Notes: generated by a model from the letters alone, not told the origin. 64,000 nucleotides of DNA from Eutreptiella sp. 'Long Island Sound 2002' (GCA_964036045.1 OZ038378.1:9672001-9736000); one strand, 5' to 3'. Shown: positions 1-13,877, counted from the stretch's first letter. Made by a program: numbers and translations.

Positions 1-544
1 GGACCCCTGGTGAGGCAGGTGTTGTCTGGAAACTCTTCCTGGATGTAGTCGGAACAACCATTCCACCCACAAAGCTGTGCATACTCCCGCAGCTCCCGCA
101 GCTCCCCACCCACCCACCCACAAAACACCTCGACCAGCAATCAGTTTTTCGCCAGATGCTCTGGGTTTGCTTCACCATACGACCGGCTCCTCTGTCATAA
201 TAACCCCTACTGCACCAACACCGACAGCAAAATTACTTCTACAGCTGCTTCAGAGATTGCAACCGTCATTTTCTTTGAGCCAGCACAATCCAGATATGTG
301 CATGAGCTGCACTTTTGTCACTGTACAAGAGATGGCACCTTGCCACTTTGCTCTTTTTCTTGGCATTCGATTTCCCGTGCTTTCAATGGTTGGGCCAGCT
401 TGCTGCTTGTATCTGTGAACGGCAGTCGTGTGTCTGGCACACGTACGGTGCTCTTTACAATCAAGCCGTTCATATTGTGTGTACCCATGACGCAACTTCC
501 CCCAAGCCACGAAGGTTTGGAGACTTCTGTGGTGCTGCGTTCAG

Positions 545-1072
545 GGCGAGCCCGAAGTCGAGGTCAACCTGCTGTCCAAACGCGCCGACTACTTCGGGCA
601 CGACGTGAACTTCGCCGCGCGGCTCGAGGGGATGGCGCACGGCGGGCAAGTCGTGGTGTCCGGGACCGTGTACGAGGCCACCCGCTCCCCCGCCCACGAC
701 GCGCAGTTCGACTGCCTCGGGAGGTTCCCGTTGAAGGGCATCGATGGGGAGCAGGAGATCTACGAGATGACCATCCCGTCGCTCCCCCGCAAGTTCCCCC
801 CAATCAACACGCAGATGACGGGACTGTCGGAGGCGCTGTCCAAGGGCGAGGGTGACGCCAGCTGCGGGGGCGCGTGCGAGAACTGTTCCCGGTGGCTGGC
901 GTGTCGCCGATGCAAAAGGCCCAGCCCCGGGTCCCCCAAGCTCTCCCCGTCCTCTCGGCGAGGGCAGTACCTCCACAGGCGGGTCGAAGTCAGCGCGGTG
1001 CGGGGGCCGCGCAACGATCAGGATGCGGATTTGGTGGTGGGGCCTGTGGCCGACGACGATCTGGGGCCGTAG
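545..1072 (+). CDS. Terminal exon of a class III adenylate cyclase (C-terminal half of the catalytic domain plus a Cys-rich tail); upstream exons not located
   Basis: After the AG acceptor at 543-544 the frame reads GEPEVEVNLLSKRADYFGHDVNFAARLEGMAHGGQVVVSGTVYE...LGRFPLKGI...IYE. This matches the class III cyclase DYFG..VN.AAR.E..A.GGQ motif and the LKG motif. Codon usage is GC3-rich. The ORF track starts it only at 605. Confidence 0.9.
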   Translation, partial: GEPEVEVNLLSKRADYFGHDVNFAARLEGMAHGGQVVVSGTVYEATRSPAHDAQFDCLGRFPLKGIDGEQEIYEMTIPSLPRKFPPINTQMTGLSEALSKGEGDASCGGACENCSRWLACRRCKRPSPGSPKLSPSSRRGQYLHRRVEVSAVRGPRNDQDADLVVGPVADDDLGP

Positions 1073-4000
1073 TTCCGTGTCCGGCCAGCCCCCCGGCCAG
1101 TGATGTATTAGAATGGCCGCACAGCGGAGGAGGACCGGGTCCCAGCCAACCCGCCCCCTCCCCCTTCAGACCCCCCTTCCCCCTCTTTTAAAACATCCCT
1201 GCCCCCGGCGTACCGTCCGTGCCGGGCTGTGTACGCCGGACCACTTAGTGCCTGGATGCCCCCTTCCCCATCGCCCGCTCCTCAGTCTTCCGGAGGGTCC
1301 CTCCACCCGGTTTGTCTGTCAGCCGGACATGTCTACCCGGAGTGACACTTGGTGGAGTTGTACCGGGGTATACGCCGGCCTCCCCTTCTGCCCGTGTGGA
1401 GGACCCCCCCCCCCCCTCCGCTCCTCTGTGTGTGGGGTCCAGTACAGCTGCATGGACTTCGCAACCTCAAGCACACCTGCAGTTGTGCGTTGGTTGGAGG
1501 GTGGTCTCGAAGGCGTGAAGATGAGTGGACACCATGCCCTGCTTGCCAACCTCCAGATTTCGTGCAGCTTTGCTTTGAAACCCTCATTTCTGTCCGGGCG
1601 CTCAGAACTCTTGAGGCAGCCGCAATTCGTTGGGTCCGAGGCCCTGACACAAGCGCGTCGCACTGGCAAAGTAGCCAGCCGTCGTGTTTCGCCGCGACGC
1701 AATTGAAAACGTTCTCTTTCTGCATCTGACATCAAAGAAGGTACGAGCAGGTGTGCTCACGAGTTGAAAGATGGTGGGGTCACAGGCTTCTCGTGCACAG
1801 TTTTGTCGGATCTTATCCCCCGGGCTGCTGGTTGCCCTGTGAGGTGTGCACCTCCAGGCGTGGCGGCGACCTCCTGCACGGTACATTGTCTCCAGCACAT
1901 CAAAGCGTTGGATTACAGCCTCCCTGCTCTGGTCATGTGCAGAATGACCCCTGTATTATGCTTCACGGGTACATGATCTCTGAGAATCTCTCGAACACTT
2001 AACCGTGAGGGGCGCAAAGTCAGCCTGGACACGGAGAGATCTTGTTCTCTTTGCCTTAAGATCCATTGTCATTCCGATGCCAGCATCATCAGCTCTTACT
2101 GTCTTCGTGACAACCCCAATGTACTGGCAGGCGTGCTTCCGATTTTATTAATAAAGTTGCACAGATTCAAATTCGGTGTGTGTGAGGTCGCGACATCAAA
2201 AAATTTTTTTCATTCAACATGTCCACCACATGTAAGGTGCAGGCTTTCTTCCAGGGCATATCCTGTGGCGCCGGGATACACACTTTTTTTTTGGATACGC
2301 ACCTGGAACACAAAAATTTTCTGGGATACGCACCAGAAGAAAGTCTGGTAAGGTGTAGGGTCTCTGAAACATGTTGCGGGCAGCCAGGGGGGTGCGGCAT
2401 CTCAGGGAGGTTAGGGGGCAAGGGCTATGAACCATTCACTAAATACTGACTGTTGCCTTAAGTTGGAGCCATGCCCTACCGTGCAAAATTTAAGAATTTG
2501 TGGAATTGTCATTTTTGTGATGAGCCCCGTTGATAGCCTTTTTTGTTTGTTTTTTTTTTTGCAATTTCTGTCATATTTGTGCACCCAAAACTTGGAAAAA
2601 CAACACGACCGGGTCCAAGAATGATTTTTTTTGTGCCATTGTTTTGAATTTTAAAGTATGATGTGGAAATTTGCACTTTTCCTGTGCTGGGGTCAGCCGT
2701 CGTCATGGGGTCAGCCACCCTTCGGCTGCGTCCCCACCCCTGCTGCACTTGAAGGGTCCAACCACACAAAGAAATCAGAAGTTGATGCGCCAGAAATGCG
2801 TGTGGACCTTGTTCTTCCCAACACTCCGTCCCCTCTTCCTGCCTGCACACATGCCCCTACGCACAGCACATGCACCCAATATCTTTCCGCTCTGTATGTA
2901 CTGTATTGCTGCCACCTGTGGCCGGTGTGCAGCATACTTTCTGGATTGTCCCGTGTTTGTTCTTCAATGCCACCGATCATGCCACCGTGCTACCCACCAC
3001 ACCGCTCTCTCCCCCGTATCTCCCGATGTCCCCTCCACCCCCCAAGCATCCCAGATGATCATGGGCAAGACAGTTTCTCCGCAGCTATGATGCCCCGCGA
3101 GGGGCCATGTCAGTCAGTCAGTTAGATGACACTTCCCCTGCGTTCTGCACCCACACAGATATACCGCACTGAATGTACGTTCACAGGACACTCAGCACCA
3201 GCAGATCTTCACTCCAACCACAACGACCCTGAGATGGGCCGCCCCTACTGTGGTCAACGTTAAACATTGAACATGGTCGAAATCTGTTGTTTGGTGGTCA
3301 TGCTCCTCCCCCCCTTTAAAGTCGGCCGCCAATTTTCGTCGGTCTTGCCAGTATGTTGAGTTTTTGGGGCTGTCATGGGGCTGGCTTCTGTTCTCTGCTG
3401 CTTCTGCTTCTGCTTCTTCTGTTGCTAAAGACGACCTGACGAGATAAGTAGTGATCTTGGATGGGGGAGAACCAATACTAGACGAGACTAGTCGCAGGTG
3501 CAGTGAGTAAGGCACTAGGAGATAGAGGGAGTGGAATGCATGCTGAAGACACTGAAGTTATGAGGGACAAACTCGTCCCGGCGTCTCCTGTAGACGCGTG
3601 GCCGAGAGGCATACCCTGATGGTTGTATGCACTTCTACTGGAAATCTGAGGGATCGTTTTATCAAACGCCCCAGGCAGACCAGCATGCACTACCATTACG
3701 GACCGTGGCGTGGCCATGACTCCGCTCCCTGAAAGGGGCCGAGCTCCGGACTGGCGGATGAACAAGAAAAATTTGTTGCTTCCGTTGGGGGTTTCAAAGA
3801 ATGTATGAGAAAAGAAACGAGCCTAACATGTTGATGTGGGTAAGACCTGGTTGATTGCTGTGTTAGAATAACCTGTTATTGAGATGATTTCCAAAAAATG
3901 GCCTCCAATTAACCGAATAAGCTGGTTACCCTAATAATTGTGTCAGCCTTGGTCGCTGTGCAAGCCCATTTTTGACCCAGAACAGAGCAATGGAGTAAAG

Positions 4001-4583
4001 CCTCGTGCCACGGGTTTGAGGTTTGCTGTGCTGATGCCAGGCAATTGCTTGGAAATGAGCATACCCCCCACCCACCCGAGGGGGACGCGGGCTGTTGGGG
4101 CTGTGTGTGTGGGTTGTGTTCATTTGTTGGCCGCGTTTGGGAAAATGCCACATCCCCCCCTTCCCCCCGCCATGGTTGGCGGGCTGAAGGCCGAATGAGT
4201 GGACAGTAGGTGGTGAACGCCGTGGGGAGCAGGCTCCGCTGGAGCCTAATGCGGACACAGCAACCTGACCTTTTCGCAGGTGGCACCCCTGCCTGAGGGT
4301 AGCTTTGTGGCCTCTTGTTTGTATCACATGTGTATGTCCCCCCCGAAATGCCATGTTCCATGTTGCCCCCGCATCGCACCACGTCCACCCCCCGTGTCCA
4401 AGGCACTCCTTGTACAAGCGTGTGCCAAGAAGTGTGCGCTGCGTTCAAAACTATACAGAAGTGTACTTGTTTTGCAAAAAGTGCAGCAGCTGGGGACAAA
4501 CAAAGGTGGGTACATCCCAAAACCATTCGGATAACGTGAACGACGACACAGTTGCACCGTGATACTTGAGTATCATCATTATA

Positions 4584-4796
4584 CAGGGGGGGAGGGGGAT
4601 TTTCGTGGCAAATTGACCGCGAAGTTTCCCATGCAAAATTCAGGGTTCTCCACGAATTTCTCGCACACTAGCAGTACACACTGTGGACTCTGGTAGGGGG
4701 TCAGACTCTGACTCCAGGGGGCTCCGTGAAATTTCCCATAGTGAAATTTACCACCGCGAATTTGACTTGGCACGAAATCCCCCCGCCCCCCTCCTG
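4584..4796. mobile_element. MITE with TA target duplication (Tc1/mariner-like)
   Basis: TA|CAGGGGGGGAGGGGGATTTTCGTG at the left end and CACGAAATCCCCCCGCCCCCCTCCTG|TA at the right end form ~25-bp imperfect TIRs; element is 213 bp. Confidence 0.75.
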
Positions 4797-4859
4797 TAAT
4801 GTTGGGGTACTCAGAGGATGTTGAGGAGCCTGTGTGCTCCACCCTCATGTTGTTGGAAA

Positions 4860-5030
4860 TGGATTAACGCTAATCCACGGAAGGACACTTCCGCAGCGTG
4901 TGGTGCATAATCGGGTTCCCATGCGAGCATTTCTCTCATGCCATTCCAAGACAGCACAAACCTTCGACCTTTATCATTATTTCCCATCCTCAGCTGAACA
5001 GCAACATACCTCAAGACAAACAAAATCTGT
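4860..5030 (+). pseudogene. Small decayed LINE reverse-transcriptase fragment
   Basis: Manual translation SISLMPFQDSTNLRPLSLFPILS* resembles the LINE RT nyRPISLl motif; interrupted by stops. Confidence 0.35.
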
Positions 5031-6683
5031 AGGAGGAGGAGGAGGAGGACACAAGACTGCACAAAGGGGAGTTGTGATAGTGCAAAGGCTATGGCGGAGG
5101 GGTGGGGAGTGTGGAATGAGGTTTGGGGGGGGGGGGGGGGGGCTATTGCGGGGGCCAAGGGCCAGCATCAACATGGAGAGCAATTTCGATGATGCGCGAA
5201 GCAGCACCTGAGCCAACACCACCGGAACCTGCAGTGCCCAGTGGGTGACAATGTGGCCGACCTGGACGCTCCATTCAAACTGCATGACTCAGTCAGTGTT
5301 TCGTCTGCATGACCACGTGGGGCTGAGGCTGACCTCCCCTCCCCCCCCCCGGGCTCTGTCGGCCCAAATTTCAGCCACCACAAAGCGAGGGTGCAGGCCG
5401 TGGGCTGGTTCCTCTTGGGGACCAGGAAACAGGGGAGCAGACCTTTTGCTGCCCCCACCCCCCCCAACAGAAATGGGGCCGGACCGAAAGCAGGCCCAGC
5501 ACCCCCCCCCCCCCCGCATGCCCTCACACCCTCACTGCAGGCCGTCACATGGTGATCGAGGTCCCTCAGGGAGCGGACGCCGAGCGACAAGTATGTTGGG
5601 ATCTGGGACCCGCATGGTAACCCAGCAGGTGGTCCTCCTCTCCCACACAAGTGAACAGGTAGACCCATCCACCACCCTACCCCCCCCCCCCCCCCAGCCT
5701 GCGCCCCCGACGGGAGGGGTGCACGGAGTCGGCGCCCTCAGGGCCTAAAAAGTGGAGGTTGTGAAGGGCTCACAGCTTGACCGCTGTGGGTATCCCTTGA
5801 GCGGCCTGCCTAGGGAACCTCCAGGTGTGCACGTGCCCCTCCAACTTCATCACAGACGCCTAGGCCAGCACAGCCCCGTGCATTCCAGTGCAGTTGTGGG
5901 TGACCCCTGGAGGCCAGACAGCCACCAGCCGACCCCTGCCCCCCCCCCCCCTTCCTCAACGGAGAGGCCATTCGGGTGTGGTGCCCTCTGGGCCCCCTCG
6001 TCTACGCGGGCTGTAGCGCCGCAGCCAGTGCAGCCAGCACTGGTGGCACCCAGGGCAGGGAAGCACACTCTGCGCCCTGGTGCCCCTCCATCTGCCCAGG
6101 GTACGCCCTCGGCCGTGGGAGCCGGACCCAGCCCGGGAGGCAGCACCACCTGTGCCTAAGGCAGTCAAGGAGTGCGGGTCTGACCCCAGTCGTGCCACGT
6201 ACCACCGCCTTCCCGTGCCAATAGGCAGTCGTGGAGTGGTTGGGTAGCATGTCCTTGTGACGTGGAGGTTGCGAGCCCAGGCCCACATCTCCCCCGGCGG
6301 GCTCAGCGTCAGGCTCTCCAGCCTCCCTGCCGGGGCCTGGAGCACCAGGCACACACTTCCCCGCGCCATGTGCGCCAACGCCGAACAACAATGGAGCAAG
6401 CAGGTGTGCCACAGCCCTCCCCCCCCCCCCCTCAGACACACAAGGGCACATACACACAGGCACGGCGGCATCTCCCGCCCGCGAGCGCCACCGCGGGGTC
6501 TGGGGGCGGTCAACAGTCCGGTAGGCCTTGTGACCGGACACCCGGGTACGGCCGCCCAGTCGGGTCCCGCAGGGAAGGCGGCGCGGACCGTGGGTAGGCG
6601 ACCAGGCGAGGCCTTGACCCAACCCAACCCAACCCAACCCCCCCCCGGGCACCAGAAGCTCCGCAAGGAGCAACCAGAGGACA

Positions 6684-6920
6684 GGAACCGACACACACAC
6701 ACACACACACACCAACGCAGGTACCAAACACAACCTAGCTGCGCACCGATACCCACATCCGCACACGTCCGCCCGCACCAACACCCACACCCACACGTTT
6801 CGACACCCACACCGGCACCCACACCGGCACCTGCATGGAATCGCACCGACACACGCACATCGGCACACACACACCGCCACACACACCGACACCCGCACCG
6901 ACACGCACTGACACACACCG
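6684..6920. repeat. (CA)n / ACACCC-ACCGGC-rich compound microsatellite
   Basis: Visible CA-rich low-complexity tract; it explains the long CV/HT-rich ORFs on both strands. Confidence 0.85.
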
Positions 6921-7733
6921 GCGCGCTGACATGCAGTAGAGTGCTGTACAGTTCCTTGCCCTTGGAATATTCCCTGGCTGTCAATTCAATAGCAACATCG
7001 AGTGGACGAACAGTGAGAACAAACAGCTGGTCCTCAACAGATGAAGATGGTGAGTGGGCGTTTGTCCAAACCAAGCCAAAGCAGGGGCTGGCCGGACAGA
7101 GCCACAAACTCCCATGGCGGTCTTCCCGGCGTGCTCCCTGCATGAGCCTTTGTTGGAAGCTCTGGCATTGAGTCCTGCACTTTGGTACTGGAGATTTCTG
7201 GCCACCGCTGCACAGCCTGTGCACACCTTCATCTTCATGGAGATCGAGGACTCTGGACCCACCACAACCCCGAGGAGCTAGTCCAGCTCTGTAGGTCTCT
7301 ACCCGACCCTTCTGCACCCTCTTTGCGCCCAGAGGGCCCAGAGAGGGAGGGAAGGGGAGGGGGGAGGAATTAACCCCTGCTGTCTCGGGTCTGCACGCCG
7401 GGGAATGCGTGGCCTCAAGGTATCGATCCCGCCGCACTATCTTGGGGCCGGAGGGCTGGCGAAACCTCATCAAGGTGTGCGATGCGAAGGTGCAGGTGGA
7501 ACGTTGGTAGACCTACCTTGTTTAATGGAGCCACCCACCGACGACAACGGCCACGTACCGGATCGCAACCACTTGAGGCGCATCGCTTCAAAAAGGAGCG
7601 GGGGCGAAGCAATCTTGGGTTGACACCCTCTGCCTTGCCTCACAACGCCTCTGTGCAAATGGCCCGGCCACACATCATGGCCCCCCCTCCGCCCCATGCG
7701 AATCTCATGACCCGTTATGTGTTGTCTGCATTG

Positions 7734-8400
7734 ATGGGGAATGCCATGCACGCAGTGCGCACGCAGTGCAAAGTTTTGGATGTCGGCAAACACTCGAACC
7801 CTAGTTTTGGCCCCTTTTCACAAGTTTTTGGTTCCGTACCAGGGTTTTTTTGGCTTCCCAAGCATTTGGGATGTGGCATATTTGAATTGTCAACCATTTC
7901 CCCCTAGAAGAGGCCCATCAACAAAGTGTACACAGTCGACACGACCCGGATCTCGACGTCGTCATTGTCGACACTGCAGCGAGCCTCGTATCCGTAGAGG
8001 CGGTTCGATTCGCCCTGCAGAGTACTCTTCCGGGCAGATAGTACGTGCACCAAAACCTTGGTCGACTTCAAGGTGATTCTCGAACCGAGATGCTCAAGAT
8101 CATCGATCGGTATGGCCACGTCCACAACTGCAGAGAAGTCCACGTGGTCATCGTCGCTCGAAGGCTCTCGATCGCTGATACTCGATGGTGGCGAGTCGAC
8201 ACCAGGACCGGACAGTTCTTCTTCAACGATGGTGTTGGTTATAACTACAACCAGAAGTATCGATGGACACCTGGCCAACCCTATGGTATTGACACCTTTC
8301 AGTCTTCCCCCTAGTAAACAGGTGACAGGTATTCTTGGGTGAGTATCCTAGCCTCTGCGTGCACAATATGCACGCAGTGCGCACGCAGTGCAAACACTTA
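7734..8400. mobile_element. Harbinger-family MITE fragments (GCACGCAGTGC subterminal repeats, TTCCCCC-TAG ends)
   Basis: ATGCACGCAGTGCGCACGCAGTGCAAA occurs at ~7746 and ~8369. TTCCCCC|TAG ends occur at ~7903 and ~8311. The internal sequence resembles the 13466-15654 family. Confidence 0.5.
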
Positions 8401-9595
8401 GCCATGTGTGTGTCCTGGCCTTGCCGTTCCCCAACTGCATGTCCTGTGATGGATGCTGGAGACATCCCGCAGGCTGACAACCGCCCCTTATTATGGCCAA
8501 GCTCCTTGCTGTCGGAGCCAGATGGCCCGTGTTTTTGTGGAGTCTTTCCTGGGCTGTTACTCTGCGTCCATTGTGGTTGTGTGCGTTGTGTACTCCAGGC
8601 CGTAGTATCACAAAGATCCAGTATCATGACCCGCAGCCATGTCATATTCAAGATATGGCGCATTTCTGCGGGTTGTGCGTGAGCTACGCCATGTCTAAGA
8701 CACCCGCCGTGCTTTCCTTGGACCTGAGCGCGGCGTGTGCCATGGGCGGGGGGCATCTGGGGTCGGGGTCCAGGCGGAGGGAGGTGGACGTTAAATATCG
8801 CGGATGCTGGCTCGGAGCCAGCCGCCTGTTCACGGTGTCGGCGGCAGCTGCCACGTCATCACATACGCCTGACACGGGGGTTGGCCGGAACTCCTCAAAC
8901 TGTCGTGGTCGGTACAGCGTCGGAGGAGGTGGCTCCACAGTGTCAGAGCCATCCCACGTCTCTGGCGGGCAGTGGCAGATTTCGCTTTTGATAATGACCT
9001 TATGTTTACTGAATCATGCAGTCAACAGTCATACGATCCCTCATGATGCCCCTGGGATGGGGGCCCACTGCATCGCAGGCAGTCATATTGGTTGAGGGGG
9101 AAAAGGTGTCATGTGCTGCTGCTAACATATCTTTGACGTGGAGAGATCTCTCTCCACTGAACCACGCATTCGTGGCCAGGACCACGTATTGGGTTGTGGA
9201 CATTATAAAGTGTTGGGCATACCCCCACCGGCTCAGGTTCACCTCCACTCCAGGAACAATCCCGAGATCCTCACTTAGCGTCACTGCACTGCTCCCCATT
9301 CACCACAAGTATCCCTGTCAAAGGAGCATGAACCCTTCAGGCTCCCTGAAGCTCAGCCCCAGTTTTCAGTCCCCAGAGTCTGGCACGGTCCTACTTTTTT
9401 CCCAGCTGTGTAACTGCATCTCATTCATGCCCACAGATCACAAGTGTCCACCTTGAAGCGAATCGTATTCCGACACACCCGAAACCATTTTTGACATCAG
9501 CACACCCAAAAAACCCTGGACATGCACCACCTCTGACATCTCTATAGCTGTTGACGAAAGTCTGACCCTTATCCGAAATAGCTTCTGCTGCCTGC

Positions 9596-9597
<2 letters not shown>

Positions 9598-9679
<82 letters not shown>

Positions 9680-9684
9680 CTCTC
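9598..9684. repeat. (TA)n microsatellite followed by (TC)n
   Basis: Direct reading of the sequence. Confidence 0.95.
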
Positions 9685-12600
9685 TCGGGGACATTCATAA
9701 CCTGCCAACTTTCTGGGTTTTGGCACTTTTTGGCAATTTCTACAACTTTTGCTTAGATGTGCAAACATGTCGTCACCTGGGGGGGGGTATGTGTATACTT
9801 TTTGAAATCTGTGAGAAAAGGCCATTTCAGAAATGTATGGGTTGGGGGGGATAGGTGACCATATTTTTGAGTACCGAGGCCGAACTTTTCGGTGTTTCAG
9901 GGTTTTCGGGCCTCAGCCTGCTCCGCTCACGCGTGCGGGACACCAACTCACAGGTTTTCCCATGGGTGCTCCAACATATATATGCATAGATGTCTCCGTG
10001 TGTGTGTGTGTGTGTGTTTGTGTGTGTATATACATTATGTATGTATGTATGTATTGCTCATGACCACGCCCCTCCACCGCAGGGATTGTCAGGGGCACGA
10101 AATCATGTTCCCTAAAGCCTGTGGGGTGTGTGTGTGTGTGTGTATGCGCACGCGCGCAAACAATAATTGGGCATATTGGCGTTCCTCCTGTGCACAGACC
10201 ACCGCCTCTTACAACCGCCCTCCTGGGCAGCTTGTCACCTTATCCCATCGCACTGCTTGTATCAGCCCCCCATCCGCGCCTGTAAGCAATCTCGGATGGG
10301 ATGCCCCCACCCCCTCTTAAAACGCGACAAAAAAAATTGTGATTGTTCCCTGTGCTCCAAAGTTATGCAATATTTGGAGTGAAAAAAGTGGATATGGGTT
10401 CAATGCAAGGGGGGTTACCCAACTGCAGCCTTTGACACCAACCAGCCCCCCCCTCCAAAAAAAAGGCCAAAATGTTGAGAAGATCCAGTCCCAATTTGGC
10501 TCTGAAGGCGCCGGACTGTTGTAGCATATGGTGGTGGGTAAAATTTCGATTTTACTCCATGTGTTGGAACTCAAAATGCTCAAAATTTAACGAGGGGGTC
10601 ATTTTGAGGTATATATATTTGGGTGCCCGGGACCCCAGCCTCCCCCCTGTCCCCCACTTCAGAAATGTTTAGGGGGTGTCGCTGTCGGGGGCTGCACCTG
10701 GGCACCACCCCGTGGTTCAATGTAATGTGCAGTCAATTTTGACGAGGAACTGCAGGTATTCCTTCCAACACAATCTACATCCTCAAATCCTTTACCAGGT
10801 TGATGCGCATTTCAGCTTCGTTTGAATTGCAGCTCTCCGGTGTTGGATCACAACAACAGTGTCCATGGGGGGCTGATATATCTTGACAGAACTCTGTCAA
10901 AATTGGGACGCTTAAAGAATTTTTGCGGGAGGAGGATCCCATCTCAGATCCTTGCACAGGGGAGGGGTGCCCTGTTACAGGGGGGTTCAATGCACTTCAA
11001 TGGAATCCCCCCCCCCCATAATCAGGTTGGAGCCAGCCCCTCCAGATTCGTTGACCATTGACCTGGTCAGTGGCTGGGGATTTTGTAACGCAGAGGGAAA
11101 TGCACATATTTATCTACTATTTACGCTTTTGTGGCCTACCCCACTCTATAATCCTCCCAAAATTTCCCCATTTTCTGCCAAGCTGATCCCCCCCCCCCAA
11201 AAAAAATTCCCAGCTTCCCACACCAGTTGTACCGGTACCGCCGTTGCAAGAACAACACCCTTGTCAGAACAGCAGTAGGTCTTGTTTCCTACTTTGCCCT
11301 TCATAAATACAACCCCTGGTCAGAACAACACTTGTCTTTAATTTTTCACCATTTCTTTAATTTTTCACCATTTCTTTGACCAGTGCATCCAAAGCGAAAG
11401 GTCCGACAGCATTCATGTCTGGCACACGGACACTCGAGATTAAAATAACACCCCCCCGAATGCATGAGCCCCTTCTAATGGTTCTCCCTCGTTGGCAGTA
11501 TCTGGCACCTACCCACACAAACAACCGTGCCCTTGGCACACACAACACCTTGTCCCAACAACACTCGCTGTTGTTGCTGAAACTGTCGGAACCGCGCATT
11601 TTGTAGATTTTGCCCCACTTTTTCCGTTGGTTTTACATGATTTGCTGTGGTCTCGTGAATGATTTGTGAAAATGGTGATTCGTAGCTGTGGGACACCAAA
11701 CATCTCTCACTTTTCGGATGTTGTGTTCAACGGGCATGGTGTCCTTGTCATTGTCCCCCGACTGGCCGTTGACGCACAATTAGTGGCTGTGTGGTTATTT
11801 TTGAACTGTATTCATCCGGAACTTAGGTGTTTGTGCGACACAGAAAGCAGGGCATTACATTTTGGCTGTCTGAAGGGGTGTGGTCCCATACAGCAATCCG
11901 CAGATGGTCCCTTTTTGGGTACAATGTCATGAGGCATGTGTGTAATAAGGTGGTGAATAAAAAATGGCTCTGTCCAAACAACACTGAATATTGTTTCCGC
12001 ACTTATTTGGTGCCATTGTCATCGTTTGCACAGGCCATGGATGCTTCGATGGGCAGTCACACAAAAGGGGATACCACCATTTTTACGGAGAGACTGACAG
12101 AATGCCATTTTCGTTTTGGTCTACAAACATCACTCCCGGTAGTGCAAGGCATCAAGCTGGTAAAACAATTCCTCTTGATCTCAAGGGAAAGGGGAATGTA
12201 CAAACGAAGAGGATAACGTACCAGACAATCCTCACCCAAACATGAGCCTCATTGCAATAGCCTCTTGCTCTACCTATGGGGCATCTTTTAGGAACTTTTT
12301 GGTCCTTGGTCCTTGGTTCAGGGCATGTTGGTGTGTTGCATAGAGGGACGGCAAGGAACCACTTTCTGCTGCATTTCACTTCACAGTTGTGTACCGCCTA
12401 TTGCAGAGCACCCATGTGTTCTCCAAACAATGCATGCAAACCACTGGGAACGGTGACGCTGTTATAGCATGCATTGTTGGGCCTTTGCCACATGGTCATG
12501 AGTTACGGCACATTATCTACATGCGGGGTGCTGTTGCTACCGACCACGACAAAGCCCCAGTGTCTCGTTTATCCTGCACAGAGACTTGTATCACTGATTT

Positions 12601-13877
12601 TATGATACTGTTGATTTCTCTGTTTATGACCAATTGATGCAAGGCCTCGGGGGGCCGCATGGGCTATTGCAACAGCTACTTTGTCTCCGTGCTTGGCTGG
12701 TGGATTATTCAGCAGTGTACACAACAACCATCCCGTGTTTGCACACGCACAGCCTTGTCTAAGCACAGCAACCCTGTCTGACCACGCTTTTCTTGACCTG
12801 TGTGTTGTATTTGGGTGGCACAGCTGAGCCCATGCGATGCAATTGTTCAGTGCCATGTGTATTGCACAGCTCGTTTGTGCCTCATACAGTGCAGAGCTGT
12901 AGGGGTGCCACAAATGCGATGCATCGCCGCAGTGAGTTTAAAGAATGCACAGAGAGAGCTGTTGCCCTTTTGTGGCCAAGAGTGCAAGAGTGAGCCGGTT
13001 GTGGCTGGGAAGAGGGGCTTGGTTGTGCATGGACCGAGTTTCTCTGCTCATCACAACATTCTGCTTGCGTTGCATGCTTAGTCTTGTTCTTGACATCAGA
13101 CTTCCAGTTGCACCCTAATGCGAACATTTGTGTGGATGCTTAGTGGGCTGATGGCTGAATGTTTGAGTATGCCTTGGCTTGGAGGCTCCTTCCCCCTGTG
13201 TGAGTGCGATGATGGATGCACAATGATGCCCTGCTGCAGCATGCTGTTTACTTTGGTCACCGTCTTGACCACCAAGTACACGACCTGTAGAGGCTGTATA
13301 ACTATTCCACATGTATCCCAACTTTAGCCCTAGCTTTACCCTCCCTTAGAGAAGCCCCCCAAGCTGACCAGAATCAACCCCAAAAGCTTCCCTACAGAGC
13401 ACAAAACAGAAGACCAAAGCTGTGAATCCCACTTCCTCAACACATGCGACATATATTGTGCCTAAGGGGGCGCCTTGAGCGGAGTGCGCGCACAGTGCAA
13501 CTATTTGGGTGTCTGGCCGTACTGGAGACACATGCTTTGAGATACTAGCACGTGGCGTAGGTTTTGATGCTTTTTCCACGTTGGGGATGTGGCATTTTTG
13601 GATTTTCACCCAATTTCACCCATTTCCACCCTTTTTCACACTTTTTTGCTCATCTCCACCACATCTACTCTTTTCTAGGAGGGAGCGTTAGGCGCACGCA
13701 GGGCATGTTTTTGGGCTATTTCGGAGCCCTACCCCTATGGGATCCCTCGTAAGGCGGCGGTTATGAGGGGTGATGTAGCCAACCTTCCGGTGCTGTTGAG
13801 GAAACCGGGCCAATTATCCAATCCACGCTTTGGTCCGTGGCCCCTTGAGTTGGGGTTAGGGACTCACAATCCACGCT

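Noticed and set aside
5956-7473. Long overlapping ORFs (505, 304 and 304 aa) on both strands
   Set aside because: They are kept open by GC-rich and (CA)n low-complexity sequence; no recognisable domain or consistent codon bias.
7904-8278. Minus-strand 124-aa ORF
   Set aside because: Probably the antisense shadow of the plus-strand coding-like frame, which has the better codon pattern.
11400-12400. Possible piggyBac-like transposase relic on the minus strand (RNCFTSL, KWWYPLL, Cys-rich end)
   Set aside because: The motifs are in different frames and too degenerate; no TTAA-flanked TIRs were found.
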